A DNA stretch of 64,000 bases, taken from Candidatus Sulfomarinibacteraceae bacterium. Its GTDB lineage: Bacteria; Acidobacteriota; Thermoanaerobaculia; Thermoanaerobaculales; Sulfomarinibacteraceae. The notes under the pieces were generated by a model. It saw only the letters and a list, made by a program, of their open reading frames with translations. It was not told the origin of the DNA and did no database searches. Position numbers and translations under genes: made by a program. Numbering within the stretch: the first letter of the stretch is position 1; the number at the start of each line of letters is the position of its first letter. The DNA is taken from NCBI GenBank assembly GCA_963796455.1, contig CAWCLO010000004.1, positions 832,001-896,000 of the forward strand, given 5' to 3'. Positions 9,318-18,803 of the stretch are shown piece after piece.

Positions 9318-9662
9318 TTATTCTTCGATCAACCCCAATGGGTTTCCCTCGGGATCTTTGATGAGGGCGAAACGAAGATCGCCGTATTGCGTCGGCGGAA
9401 TGCGGAGGCTCCCGCCGAGAGACTCGGCCTTCTCGATCGAAGACTGCAAATCGTCCACCTCGACATAAATGACGACCTCGGGACCACTCTTCGGTTCGTG
9501 TCGAATACCGGCGGTGAGTTCTCCCGGAATCTCCGCATCGTGGTAATCGAAGCCGCCCACTTCCCTCCGCGTCATGCCCCAACCGAATAACTTTCCGTAG
9601 AAATCCTGGAGCTTGTATCCATCAAGACCGGCGATCTCGATGTGCTTGATTTTCGCGGCCAT
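9318..9662 (-). CDS. VOC family protein
   Basis: HIEI...FYGKLFGW...DPEGNPLGL. Confidence 0.9.
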   Translation of the reverse strand: MAAKIKHIEIAGLDGYKLQDFYGKLFGWGMTRREVGGFDYHDAEIPGELTAGIRHEPKSGPEVVIYVEVDDLQSSIEKAESLGGSLRIPPTQYGDLRFALIKDPEGNPLGLIEE

Positions 9663-9724
9663 TCGTCCACCTCTTTTCTGGTTCGCCTCATGGGAGGCGG
9701 GGCCGGGGTCGCTCTACCGAAGGG

Positions 9725-10162
9725 TCAGCCGTCGTCCTGTCGATCGTCGTGACCTGCTGGTGCGTGTGCGGCATGCTGTATTGCTTCGCCACCGATGTGG
9801 TCCCACGGGGCCTTCGATCCGACGAAAATGTGCATTTCGATCTCGACGCCTGGATCGTCGTCGAGGCACCCCAAGGTCAGACCATGAACCGTTCCGTCAT
9901 GAATTCCACACAGAGTCGAGCCGCACTTTGAGCAGAATCCCATTCCCCATCCCGCCCCTGTTTCGTGGAATGAAAGAAGGTTCTCACCCGACAGCCATTC
10001 CAGTGAACTCGACGCTGAGAGTTCTGCGTACGCTGAAGATGCCCCGCTGAAAGCCTTGCGGCATCGAGAGCAATGACAAGCCCTGGCATTTTGCAGTGGA
10101 CCCACGAGTCTGTAACTCACGGAGCCACAGAAACAACTGCCATGGAGGGTCGGATGTGCCAT
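9725..10162 (-). CDS. GFA family protein
   Basis: GSCFCG, CHCSRCRKA, FCSKCGS, HIFVGSKAPW. Confidence 0.9.
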   Translation of the reverse strand: MAHPTLHGSCFCGSVSYRLVGPLQNARACHCSRCRKAFSGASSAYAELSASSSLEWLSGENLLSFHETGAGWGMGFCSKCGSTLCGIHDGTVHGLTLGCLDDDPGVEIEMHIFVGSKAPWDHIGGEAIQHAAHAPAGHDDRQDDG

Positions 10163-10169
10163 CAGAGAC

Positions 10170-10240
10170 TCCTAGCTGTCCGAGTCCGGCGGTCCCCAGA
10201 TGCATCCCAGGGTCCGGGCGAACGAACTACCAGGGTTTCC
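10170..10240 (-). repeat. Eroded attC remnant
   Basis: TCCTAGCTGTCCGAGTCCGGCGG resembles the consensus end (G/A)CCTAACGGTCCGAGTTCAGCGG. Confidence 0.5.
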
Positions 10241-10252
10241 CAAGCGGTTGCC

Positions 10253-10605
10253 CTAGCCGGAAATATGAGGCGCCTTCGCGGCGCTCTCTTTGAAAATGAA
10301 CGCGGCCATGAGGACCAGCAAAATGGTGACAAAGCCGAGCGGGATCTTTCCGCCACGAACAACATTGCAGCGGAACCAAGAAACGCCAGAGCCACGACCG
10401 CTGCGCCCCACATTCTCGTCCCCCGAAAAACCAGGAGAGCTCCTCCTACCAGTTGTACCAGGCCAAAAATGACGACCGAGGTGGTACCAAGTCCCGCGCT
10501 CTCAAAAAATTTCACTTCCTCTGTCATGCGCATGACCTTTGGTATGCCCGCGGCAATGCTCAGGACTGTTATGAGAATGAGGTTGATCGTTCGTAGGACG
10601 GTCAT
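10253..10605 (-). CDS. DoxX-like membrane protein (frameshift near 10350)
   Basis: LSIAAGIPKV...FGLVQLVGGALL; last TM lies in another frame ending TAG at 10253. Confidence 0.65.
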
Positions 10606-11090
10606 TCGATCGCCTGTGCTGGAATGAGAACATTCGATGCATGGAGATGGACGATCTTCCATTCTCCGTTCCGGATGTGAAGCACAAACGTCCGCCGAGA
10701 GAATGAATAGGTTTCGGACAGCGGTAGATCCGGCAACTGGCCGAGATGAAAGGTCACGATGGCGCTCTCGCCCAACAATTGGACCTCGAGATCACGATGA
10801 ACCAGATTCATCCGAACAGGGCCGTCGACTTCGTGCTCGAGACTGCTGAAAAACGGTTCAAAAAGAGCCGATATCTGGGCGCGACCCCGAATGCGTTGTG
10901 GCGAACTGGTGAGAGGAGCGAAAACCGTAGCGTCCTCTGCAACGTGGACGAGCATTCCGTCCAGGTCGGCCCGACTCAATGCATCCAGAAACCCCTCGAC
11001 CACGAAGACAGGGCCGGCATCATTCCCGTGTGCAGGCAAAAAGAGCGAAGCAAAGGTGACAAGAATGAGAAGGCACTTCAAAACTCTCAC
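10602..11090 (-). CDS. SnoaL/NTF2-like secreted protein
   Basis: Signal peptide; RRTFVL...WKIVHLHAS. Confidence 0.85.
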   Translation of the reverse strand: MRVLKCLLILVTFASLFLPAHGNDAGPVFVVEGFLDALSRADLDGMLVHVAEDATVFAPLTSSPQRIRGRAQISALFEPFFSSLEHEVDGPVRMNLVHRDLEVQLLGESAIVTFHLGQLPDLPLSETYSFSRRTFVLHIRNGEWKIVHLHASNVLIPAQAIE

Positions 11091-11157
11091 TTTTTAGCTC
11101 CCGGATGTCTCTCGAAGCAAGCTCAATAGATCGATTTCGCCGGGCGGGCCTCTCCCG

Positions 11158-11589
11158 TCAGGCCGTTTGAGATCGAATCCTCCCGGCAAGGGCGGCCCCG
11201 AGGATGCTCATCGGGATATAAGCCAAAAGGAGATCGGCCACGTTGAACCACATCGGGCCTCCGAGCATGTTGACCGCAGCAATCCCCCCCAACAAGAAAA
11301 ACAGACCGATACACAGTGCGAACTTCAGGTGGTGGCTTGCCGTGAACCTGGCGGCGATGAAGGCTCCGACGAGGGTTCCGAGTGCGTGGGCCAAAAAGGG
11401 AAAAATGAAATTCACCGGGGTGAACAACTTCATGCTATCGCGCAGGTTTTCCATCGTGGAAACATCCGCGCCCTCGGGAAGAGGAACAATTGACGGGCCG
11501 ATATTCACGAGCAGGATATTGACGAGACTGCCTCCGACAACTCCGGCAATCACTGCCAGGATGTTCTTTCCAACGGATTTCATGGCCAT
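11158..11589 (-). CDS. Membrane protein
   Basis: FIFPFLAHALGTLVGAF, P.WF...DLLLAYIPM; 4 TM. Confidence 0.8.
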   Translation of the reverse strand: MAMKSVGKNILAVIAGVVGGSLVNILLVNIGPSIVPLPEGADVSTMENLRDSMKLFTPVNFIFPFLAHALGTLVGAFIAARFTASHHLKFALCIGLFFLLGGIAAVNMLGGPMWFNVADLLLAYIPMSILGAALAGRIRSQTA

Positions 11590-11659
11590 GGTGTTGATCC
11601 TTCAGAAATAGACAGCAATTATTGCACCCCGGAGATTCCTTCCTCGTCGTGCAAGAAGA

Positions 11660-11962
11660 TCAAGGGAACAAGCCTGCCGTCACCGGCAAGGCGACGAGGA
11701 TCGCAATCGCGATGACCCAGAAAAGCAGCCCCACGTAGCCACTGAAAAGCAGATTGCCGCCAAAGCCCAACAGATAAATCGCCTGTGCGAGCAGCAACGC
11801 CGCGTCCCGCATCGAGCGGATTTCCAGATGGGGCACAGATCCGAAAAGCCAGAGGGCGAACTGCGTCAGCATCCAGAAGCCGGTGGCCAGGCACAGCAGC
11901 CCGGCAACGATCTCGAACCGGCGGAAGGTTTTCTGCATGGGCTGGGGAACGACCGTCATCAA
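11660..11962 (-). CDS. Membrane protein
   Basis: Hydrophobic 100 aa ORF. Confidence 0.55.
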   Translation of the reverse strand: MMTVVPQPMQKTFRRFEIVAGLLCLATGFWMLTQFALWLFGSVPHLEIRSMRDAALLLAQAIYLLGFGGNLLFSGYVGLLFWVIAIAILVALPVTAGLFP

Positions 11963-12107
11963 CTGGCCGTCCTTGTGAACAATCTGCGTGCTCTACTCTG
12001 GTTGCTCGGTGAAGGCCATATCCTCCGCATGCCTCCGAGCGTCGAGCAAGCGTTTGGAGATAGATTCTGTTTGATCAATTCTATGTACACCTTTCAGGTC
12101 GGTTGAG

Positions 12108-12494
12108 CTATATTCGCGCTTCTTTCTGAATCCTGGAGAGCACCGCCCATTCGAACACAAATGCTCCCGCAACTCCTACTGCAAACATCAGATAGTCGAG
12201 CGGATCAAACGTCCTACCGAAGATTGGTATGCAGAAATACTGAAGCGACTCCGTAACGGCTCCGACGCCGAATACCAGAACGAATCTCACGGTCTTTCCC
12301 CGGAGCACCGGAATCCGTTGAACCCCGAGGAGCAGGCACATTGCGAAGGGAAGTAATATGTCGATCAAATACCCGTTCACGAACGCCGGGAACGGGCCTT
12401 TTTTAGCCGGGACCGGTAACGACGTGGAGCCCGCCCACTATGACGCAAATCAAGACGGCGATCATTTTCTGGAGAGATTGAATTCTGTAACTCA
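12108..12494 (-). pseudogene. Membrane protein interrupted at an A-run near 12400 (frameshift or read error)
   Basis: LHVVTGPG | GPFPAFVNGYLIDILLPFAM...FGRTFDPLDY join across frames. Confidence 0.6.
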
Positions 12495-12507
12495 CAATCT
12501 GATTGCG

Positions 12508-12540
12508 TCCTGTCGGTCCGCTGCATTGATCGCGTGAGGC
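12508..12540 (-). repeat. Collapsed attC remnant
   Basis: TCCTGTC-GGTCCG-CTGCATTGATCGCGTGAGGC matches both consensus ends joined at GGTCCG. Confidence 0.5.
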
Positions 12541-12557
12541 GAGTTTTTGACCCTGCC

Positions 12558-12905
12558 TCAGCCTTTCCGGCCCAGACCCAGCATTGGTGCGCTGATTACC
12601 ATTGTTGCTCCGGCTCCTGCCACGAGGAATTGCGGAAGCGCGGGAGTGGCGGAGACGCCGGCGACAAGCCAGAAAAAGAAGAGGAGATTGGCGCCGGCGG
12701 CCAACCGTTTTGAAAGGGGCGTGGCATCTTTGGGCCACAAACCTGTGTTGAGCAGCGCGACAAAAACGGCACAGAGCCCCGCTCCTGCAAACCAGATTGC
12801 TGGTTCATCCAGGTTTTTGTAGAAAACGAACGTGGCTGCGGTGTGGATCAGACCGATCGCGAGAACCAGGACGGTAGAAATCTTGTGAATCCAACTGATC
12901 ATCAT
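12558..12905 (-). CDS. Membrane protein
   Basis: 4 TM, WFAGAGL motif. Confidence 0.7.
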   Translation of the reverse strand: MMISWIHKISTVLVLAIGLIHTAATFVFYKNLDEPAIWFAGAGLCAVFVALLNTGLWPKDATPLSKRLAAGANLLFFFWLVAGVSATPALPQFLVAGAGATMVISAPMLGLGRKG

Positions 12906-13012
12906 TCAGCCTTTCCCTGCAGTCCACCCAACGGTCCGATTGGCCCGGCCCGAGACCGCAGTGGGTGGGGCCCGTTGGAACGTCGTGTCATACCCATGTT
13001 CAACAATAATAC

Positions 13013-13540
13013 CTAGCGCGAGTCGGTCCCTCGGAGATCGATGGCCAGATATCGGGAGGGTCCGTATTCCGGGTCCTCGAAGTCACGCAAAAATCGAAAT
13101 CCGGCTTTCTCGAACGCCGCAAGCGCTGCATGATTCAAACGCGACGTCCCGACGCCCGCCCAGCGCACCTCAGAGTTTTGGCGGAGGCGGTCGATGAGCA
13201 GGCAGAGTGCCCGTGGCCCTATTCCGCAGCCGACGAACCGCAGTTCACCGATGAGAATATCGATGTCGAGAAGGGCATCGGGGAGGTCAGTCAAGCCGGC
13301 GGCCATGAGCTCTTCGACTTCAGGTGGTCCCCAGCAGAGGTATCCAACGGGAATGGTATCCACGACGATCACTGCGTGAGTGCTCGGGCGTCGGCCCAGC
13401 AGAAGGGGAAGAGCTTGGATCTGATCGCCCCACCAGCGAATGACATGTGGGCGTTGGAGCCAGGCATCGAGCAGTTCCCGGTGTTTTTGCGGATTGACCG
13501 GTTGGAGTTCTACGTGATTCTCAAAGCTTTTTGGATCCAT
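13013..13540 (-). CDS. GNAT acetyltransferase (aminoglycoside 6'-acetyltransferase-like fold)
   Basis: WLQRPHVIRWWG, IDILIGE...GCGIG, NHAALAAFEKAGF. Confidence 0.8.
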   Translation of the reverse strand: MDPKSFENHVELQPVNPQKHRELLDAWLQRPHVIRWWGDQIQALPLLLGRRPSTHAVIVVDTIPVGYLCWGPPEVEELMAAGLTDLPDALLDIDILIGELRFVGCGIGPRALCLLIDRLRQNSEVRWAGVGTSRLNHAALAAFEKAGFRFLRDFEDPEYGPSRYLAIDLRGTDSR

Positions 13541-13762
13541 AGCGTCGTTTTGTGCCTTATAGGTTTTAGGGGTTTCTGCTGGGCATCATAAAAGGAACAG
13601 TTGTGGTTGCAAGGATTGCCCATTTGGGGTCGTCGAAGGAATTGTTGAGATTCAGGCGCGAATCGAGTACCCATGTTCCCTGGACCGGTTTGCTACCTCT
13701 TCCCTGGCGGATTCAGACGGTTCGTTGACGTTGCACGACTCAGCTGAACCGAGTGCGGGTGT

Positions 13763-14110
13763 CTATTTCATGGGAGTGCCGAGTGTGACTTCATAGGACT
13801 CGATGAGCCACTTTTCCCAGACTTTATTGGGTATCGGCTGCTCCGCTGTGAATCGGGCGGTCACCCAACCCGTCGATCCCACTTCATACCGCTTCGGATC
13901 CTCCTCGGCGAACTTGAGCGCCTCCGGTATCGAGGCCTTCAGCTTGAACATCGCTTTGAATCCTTGTCCCTTCGGGCCAGGGCCGATAAACAAAAAAGTG
14001 CCCTTCCCGACTTTGAAAGTGCTTTGGGAGCACGACTTTCCTGTTAGCACGCCCGGAAGGGCCAGAGCTTGCCGCAGAATTGCGTCTGTGGGGTCTTGGA
14101 TACCGCTCAT
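13763..14110 (-). CDS. MmcQ/YjbR-like protein
   Basis: FKVGKGTFLF...GWVTARF...WLIESY; GGAGG before MSGIQ. Confidence 0.7.
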   Translation of the reverse strand: MSGIQDPTDAILRQALALPGVLTGKSCSQSTFKVGKGTFLFIGPGPKGQGFKAMFKLKASIPEALKFAEEDPKRYEVGSTGWVTARFTAEQPIPNKVWEKWLIESYEVTLGTPMK

Positions 14111-14179
14111 TTTGAACCTCCTGTCGAGAGCCCGCCGTGCAGCACTGGTCTGCTGCAACGATCTGTAAGGTGGCCCGCA

Positions 14180-14362
14180 CTAATGCAGTTCCTGTGAGTC
14201 ACCTGGCTGCAGAAGATCCCATAGGTTGCCGTAGAGGTCTTGAAACACGGCCACTGTACCGTAATCGAATTCCTTTGGTTCGCGCACGAAAACGACGCCT
14301 TTTGACCTCAAGAGGTCGTAATCGCGAACCACGAGGGAGACAATTGCAAGTTTGCGCTTCAT
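14180..14362 (-). pseudogene. VOC family protein with internal in-frame deletion
   Basis: N-terminus SLVVRDYD fused directly to C-terminal LRSKGVVFVREP...YGTVAVFQDLYGNLWDL. Confidence 0.75.
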
Positions 14363-14473
14363 CTGTTCAGACCTTCCTGTGCCTCGGCGAGGGTTGCCTG
14401 AGGTTTCGAATCCAGCCGACCGAGGCCGCTACGGTTGGGAGTCCGCTGGAATGAAGCGTTAGGCCTCCAGCTG

Positions 14474-14800
14474 TTAGCCGTGCTTCGCTCCGGTGCCATC
14501 GGGTTGCACGCCAATCCAATCTTCAGCAGAGGGAGACGGTCGGCGCTCGGGGAACCCTTGCTGACCAAAACTGTATTGATTTCCGAAATCGTCTTCTGCA
14601 ACGAAAGGAGATTCAGATGGCAATAGCTCAAGTCTTGAGGTGAGTTTGGCGAATGACTCCTCAGAAAAGACAATCGTCCTCAGGGTATTCTCCGCAGTGG
14701 CATAGAGCAGGACTCGAGTCGGCCATTTACCGTGCGAAAGATAGAAGCCATCGACGGCCGCGCAAAGCCTGATCCAGCTCTGATCAAAACCATTTGGCAT
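14474..14800 (-). CDS. Hypothetical cassette protein
   Basis: 108 aa ORF, GGGAG RBS, between attC-like sites. Confidence 0.7.
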   Translation of the reverse strand: MPNGFDQSWIRLCAAVDGFYLSHGKWPTRVLLYATAENTLRTIVFSEESFAKLTSRLELLPSESPFVAEDDFGNQYSFGQQGFPERRPSPSAEDWIGVQPDGTGAKHG

Positions 14801-14813
14801 AATGCATCTCCCT

Positions 14814-14845
14814 GTCTGACGGTCCGCTGCATCCGTGGGTCAGGT
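14814..14845 (-). repeat. Collapsed 32 bp attC remnant
   Basis: GTCTGAC-GGTCCG-CTGCATCCGTGGGTCAGGT has the same length and ends as consensus with the segment between the two GGTCCG removed. Confidence 0.6.
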
Positions 14846-14868
14846 GTCGTGGCCCGTGCGGCTACATG

Positions 14869-15249
14869 TTATTCGGCGTTTGGTTGAGACGATCGAACGA
14901 ACGACTGGAACCCACCGTACGCCATCCGTTGAGCATCAAATCCTGAATTCGATGAAGCAATCAAATCCGCCATCCTTGGGTCCGCCGCGACCTTCTTGTT
15001 TACCAGATCACGTGCCTCACGAGAATCAAATACCACCCATCCAAATACGATGACTTCATCCTCCGTTGCAGCTATGAGATCAGTGAAGGAGCGAGTTCCC
15101 TCCAGTCTCAAATCGTCACCGACGAATTCCCGGTAGTCGAGCGCGCCATGTTCCTTCCAGATCTCCGCAACCGCTTCAGCGAGACGCTTGTACTCATTCA
15201 GGCGATCGCGCGGAACGGGAAGAACGAATCCATCAACATAGTCAGCCAT
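14869..15249 (-). CDS. DUF1428 family protein
   Basis: YVDGFVLPVP...WKEHGALDY...ADPRM...RMAYGGF. Confidence 0.9.
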   Translation of the reverse strand: MADYVDGFVLPVPRDRLNEYKRLAEAVAEIWKEHGALDYREFVGDDLRLEGTRSFTDLIAATEDEVIVFGWVVFDSREARDLVNKKVAADPRMADLIASSNSGFDAQRMAYGGFQSFVRSSQPNAE

Positions 15250-15290
15250 AACTGCTCCGATAGTGGTAAGTGAATCTTGTGTTTTCAGCC

Positions 15291-15381
15291 GCCGAACGGC
15301 TGCGAGCTGAGCGGCGCCGCCAATCCCACTCCAATCTTCAACTCCACCCCGGGCGGCGTCCGCTCCAGCGAGTTGTTAGGG
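15291..15381 (-). repeat. attC of a second family (~91 bp), related to 17628-17762
   Basis: GCCGAAC...GGGCGGCGTCCGCTCCAGCGAGTTGTTAGGG. Confidence 0.8.
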
Positions 15382-15410
15382 GCCCAATCAAGCTGGTGCA
15401 CGGCAGAGAA

Positions 15411-15800
15411 TCAGTCGCGATGGTATGTTGCAACGTACCAGTTGTTTCCTGCTGGATCCTTGACAGCTGAGGCGCGCTCTCCATAGTCCATTTCCATGGG
15501 CTCGTGTAGAACCTCGGCTCCATTTTGCACGGCGCGTTGGTGGCATTCGTCTACATCCGGTACATAGATGTGAATCGCACCTGGCATCGGTCCGTACGCG
15601 TCGGTAGCGTCGGCCAGTTCAATGGTGGCGTCCCCGAGCCGCACCGATGCATGTCTGAGCCGCCCATCCTCCGTCTCGACCCTGTCAGTGACCTCCACAT
15701 CGAATACCGCTACTAGAAAGTCCAGCAGCTTCTGCGCACCGTCGACAGTGAGGTAGGGGGTCACGCGGGTGAAACCGTCTGGCACATAGGACTCGCTCAT
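15411..15800 (-). CDS. VOC/PhnB-like protein
   Basis: VTPYLTV...HIYVPDVD...YGERASAVKDPAGNNW. Confidence 0.9.
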   Translation of the reverse strand: MSESYVPDGFTRVTPYLTVDGAQKLLDFLVAVFDVEVTDRVETEDGRLRHASVRLGDATIELADATDAYGPMPGAIHIYVPDVDECHQRAVQNGAEVLHEPMEMDYGERASAVKDPAGNNWYVATYHRD

Positions 15801-15933
15801 GATGCTCCTCCTCGAAAAACTTGGTCGGACACGTTGGCATCGCAACCGAAAACAACACGGTCAGACGGGCGCCTAGCGGTCCGAGTTCAGCGGATCGAGG
15901 CCGCCGCGGGTGGGGGTCAGCTGGAACGAGGTG

Positions 15934-16413
15934 TTAGGTTTCATGAGAGTTCGACTCTTCTGGCCAGAGGTCCCAAAACTGATACATGAAAATTTCGAAG
16001 AAATCCCCCATCATGAGCGCCCACAACAATGCATCCAATAGTGATGGCTCCTTGACCGTCTGTTTGGGATCCCAGTCGCGAGGATTTTGAGTGTCCAATA
16101 TTTGCTGAATCGAGGATTCTCGGAAGAAGAGGCCGGAGCAAATACGACAGGCTCCGAATGGGACGGCTCGAAACACACCAAATCTGAAGTTCGCCCCCCC
16201 GCACTTCGGACAAGGAGAAGCTTCACCGACATTGGCAATTCGAAATTTTTGGTCCGAAGGAACCGGTCGCTCTGGAGTGGAGCGGATACGGCGAAGGTAT
16301 GGCGCGAGTTCGTTCCGTTCGAACCAGACAGCTCGGCAGGACCCACATTCGTCTACGGTCACGCCCATCACGGTTCGATCCGCCATCTGATGATTGCAGT
16401 CAGGACATTTCAT
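15934..16413 (-). CDS. Double zf-TFIIB Zn-ribbon protein
   Basis: MKCPDC...VDECGSCRAVWFERNEL...CPKC...CRICSGLF. Confidence 0.8.
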   Translation of the reverse strand: MKCPDCNHQMADRTVMGVTVDECGSCRAVWFERNELAPYLRRIRSTPERPVPSDQKFRIANVGEASPCPKCGGANFRFGVFRAVPFGACRICSGLFFRESSIQQILDTQNPRDWDPKQTVKEPSLLDALLWALMMGDFFEIFMYQFWDLWPEESNSHET

Positions 16414-16530
16414 GTTTTCGCTCTGGACCTAACGGTCCGAGGTCAGCGGCCCGAGGCCGCGCAAGGCGCGAGAAGGGTCCGCTTGATTGCCGGGTTAGGC
16501 TTCGTTTGAGTACCCTTCGCAAGTTCGACT

Positions 16531-17022
16531 CTATCTTGCGGGCTCATTCGCCGTCCAACTGATGGCTACCAGCCGCCAGTGTCCTTCAATCCTCTGCCAA
16601 ACCCCCAGATACTTACCCTCGCTCAGAACTTTTTCACCGGAAATCTCCAGCATCAAATGGCTCCTGCCGTCCAGGTAGGCGAGGTCGCCTGAAGCTGCAA
16701 CGATAATTGTGTCCGCTTGACCGGAAAACTCAACGTAGGGAAGCGTGAACCAGCGCTGCTCATAGAACCGTCTGATGGCTTCATTCCCCACAATAGCGGG
16801 AAGGCCCGGCGGATGAAAGACAGCATGTGGTGCGACCAAAGCCATTGCGCTTTCCAAGTCTCTTTGCTCCTCGGCCTGCAATAAGGCTTGGTCAGCTTGT
16901 CGAATCTGGTCCACTACTGCTTCAATATCCATTGAGGCACTACGGTTTCCGGCACAGCCGGCAGACAGGGCAGTGGCCACCGCCAAAAGAACATAGGCAA
17001 ATATGCGATTCACAACAGACAT
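16531..17022 (-). CDS. DUF4440/SnoaL-like lipoprotein
   Basis: LSAGC lipobox; SGDLAY, GKYLGVWQR. Confidence 0.85.
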   Translation of the reverse strand: MSVVNRIFAYVLLAVATALSAGCAGNRSASMDIEAVVDQIRQADQALLQAEEQRDLESAMALVAPHAVFHPPGLPAIVGNEAIRRFYEQRWFTLPYVEFSGQADTIIVAASGDLAYLDGRSHLMLEISGEKVLSEGKYLGVWQRIEGHWRLVAISWTANEPAR

Positions 17023-17150
17023 CCTCCTTCAGCTTTTTCTGCCATCAGAGATCTGAGGCCTAACGATCCGAGTTCAGCGGACACCACCCGCCGCGGGTCG
17101 GGGTCCGCTGGAATGAGGTGTTAGGCGATTGTCGCATTTCAAACTTGAAC

Positions 17151-17525
17151 CTAGGCCTCGGGCTCATGGCATATCGCTTCGATGTTGTGCCCATCAGGGC
17201 CGATGACGAAAGCCGCGTAGTAGCTGGCGTGATAGTGCGGACGCAGACCAGGAGGACCATTGTCCTTGCCGCCCGCTTCCAGAGCCGCGCGATAGAAGGC
17301 CTGTACTTGCTGACGGCTCTCAGCCACGAATGCCAAGTGAAGATGCGCCGGCTTCTCCTTTGTTTCATACAAGCACAGTGAAACCGTGCCCTTCGGTTGG
17401 CTTAGCTCGACACCGTTCGGCGGCCACTCTCTCACATCAGTGACTCCGAGTGGCTCCAGGGCCCTGACGAAGAAGGACCTGCTCGCCGCATAGTCGCTGA
17501 CGCCGATTTTGACGTGGTCAAACAT
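17151..17525 (-). CDS. VOC family protein
   Basis: MFDHV...GGKDNGPPGLRPHYH..YYAAFVIGPDGHNIEA. Confidence 0.95.
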   Translation of the reverse strand: MFDHVKIGVSDYAASRSFFVRALEPLGVTDVREWPPNGVELSQPKGTVSLCLYETKEKPAHLHLAFVAESRQQVQAFYRAALEAGGKDNGPPGLRPHYHASYYAAFVIGPDGHNIEAICHEPEA

Positions 17526-17627
17526 GGGTTCTCCTGAATCGCCCGGTCCTGTGCGGGTGGGGCCACAGTCGGTTCATGGCCTGGCTGTTGAGGGGTGCTA
17601 GGAGCTGCACGGTGCGCTTCTTCCGAG

Positions 17628-17762
17628 ACCTAACGCCCTCGAGCTAACCGGAGCCGCGAGCGGTGGCACCCGGAACCTCGGTTGCTTGAACAATTCACGT
17701 TGAGAGTCTACAACCTCTCCAGCAACGCGAAGGGCGGCGTCCGGTTCAGCGAGTTGTTAGGG
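17628..17762 (-). repeat. attC of second family (~135 bp)
   Basis: ACCTAAC...GGGCGGCGTCCGGTTCAGCGAGTTGTTAGGG. Confidence 0.8.
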
Positions 17763-18140
17763 GCGCCCACCATCCAACGGTTCAAAGGTGCCATTGCCCG
17801 TCAAGTGAACCGCCAGGCACGTAACTGCCACGAAGAGACCAAGGCCGGTCATGTAGAGCGCTTCGACAGGGGTATCCGCCTTCAGAAAGAAATGAAAGTA
17901 CGTCAACGCACTCAAAAAAACGGCTAGAAATCCACCCCACGCTACCGCGTTGAGGAGACGCCCAATCGGCCGCCTGATCAACACAACACTGATCAGCATA
18001 ATGAGACCAAGCACGAGGTCCGCAAACGTAAACTGGTTGATGAACCCGTTCTTCCGAACATAAAGCCACTGGAATAGCGGAGCTCCAACGCCGTAGAAGA
18101 CGCCCCAAGAAACGAGCCACGACTTTGCAAATCTTGACAT
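17757..18140 (-). CDS. Membrane protein
   Basis: 4 TM; stop inside attC R''. Confidence 0.75.
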   Translation of the reverse strand: MSRFAKSWLVSWGVFYGVGAPLFQWLYVRKNGFINQFTFADLVLGLIMLISVVLIRRPIGRLLNAVAWGGFLAVFLSALTYFHFFLKADTPVEALYMTGLGLFVAVTCLAVHLTGNGTFEPLDGGRP

Positions 18141-18232
18141 GAACGAGAGTATACCTCGGAGCCAGTCGCACCGAACGGTCCGAGTTCAGCGGCCCACACC
18201 CGGCGCGGGTGGGGGTCCCCTGGAATGACGGG

Positions 18233-18727
18233 TTAGGACTCGGGCACCTCTTGCGTTTGACGATTTTCATACGCTTTGGTGCCGATCCTCTCGTCGATTT
18301 GGTCCACGAACCAAATGAGTTCCTTTTCGGTTGTTGAGTAACCTGACCGCCTGATGTGGCTCATTGCTTCTCGCATCAACCGTACGTCCTTGTCCGTTTC
18401 GCCTTCGGCTCTTGCCAGCTTTGCCAATCTCGTTCGGTTGACTGCGATCTCGTGATGGAAAGAGCCACGCTCAAGTTCGTCTTCTGACTCTTCTGCGAGT
18501 CGTTAGAGCAGCTCGTTTTCCCGATCAAGGTATTCCTCGGCGACAGGGTAGGGCGCGTGCAGATAGATGGCGTAGGTGTAGCCAGAAACTTCGGCGGCTT
18601 CAGCGATTCGCCCCATGGGACGCCACATGGAATCGAGACGTTCCTGAGCCAAGACGACGAGCGCTGCACCCGCTATCAGTCCAAGTAGAAAGCCGATGAA
18701 GCCGCCTTTGATGAGAGGTCGTTTCAT
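18233..18727 (-). pseudogene. Hypothetical protein with in-frame TAA at 18503
   Basis: ORFs 18503-18727 and 18233-18427 share a frame; 165 codons in total; AAGGAG RBS. Confidence 0.7.
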
Positions 18728-18803
18728 GACATGTACTCCTTGGGATGGGCCTAACGGTTCGAGCTCAGCGGCCCAAACAGCTGCGCTGTTTGGGCCGCTG
18801 GAA

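Noticed and set aside
13013..13540. Confirmed aminoglycoside resistance gene
   Set aside because: Only a fold-level GNAT resemblance; substrate cannot be inferred
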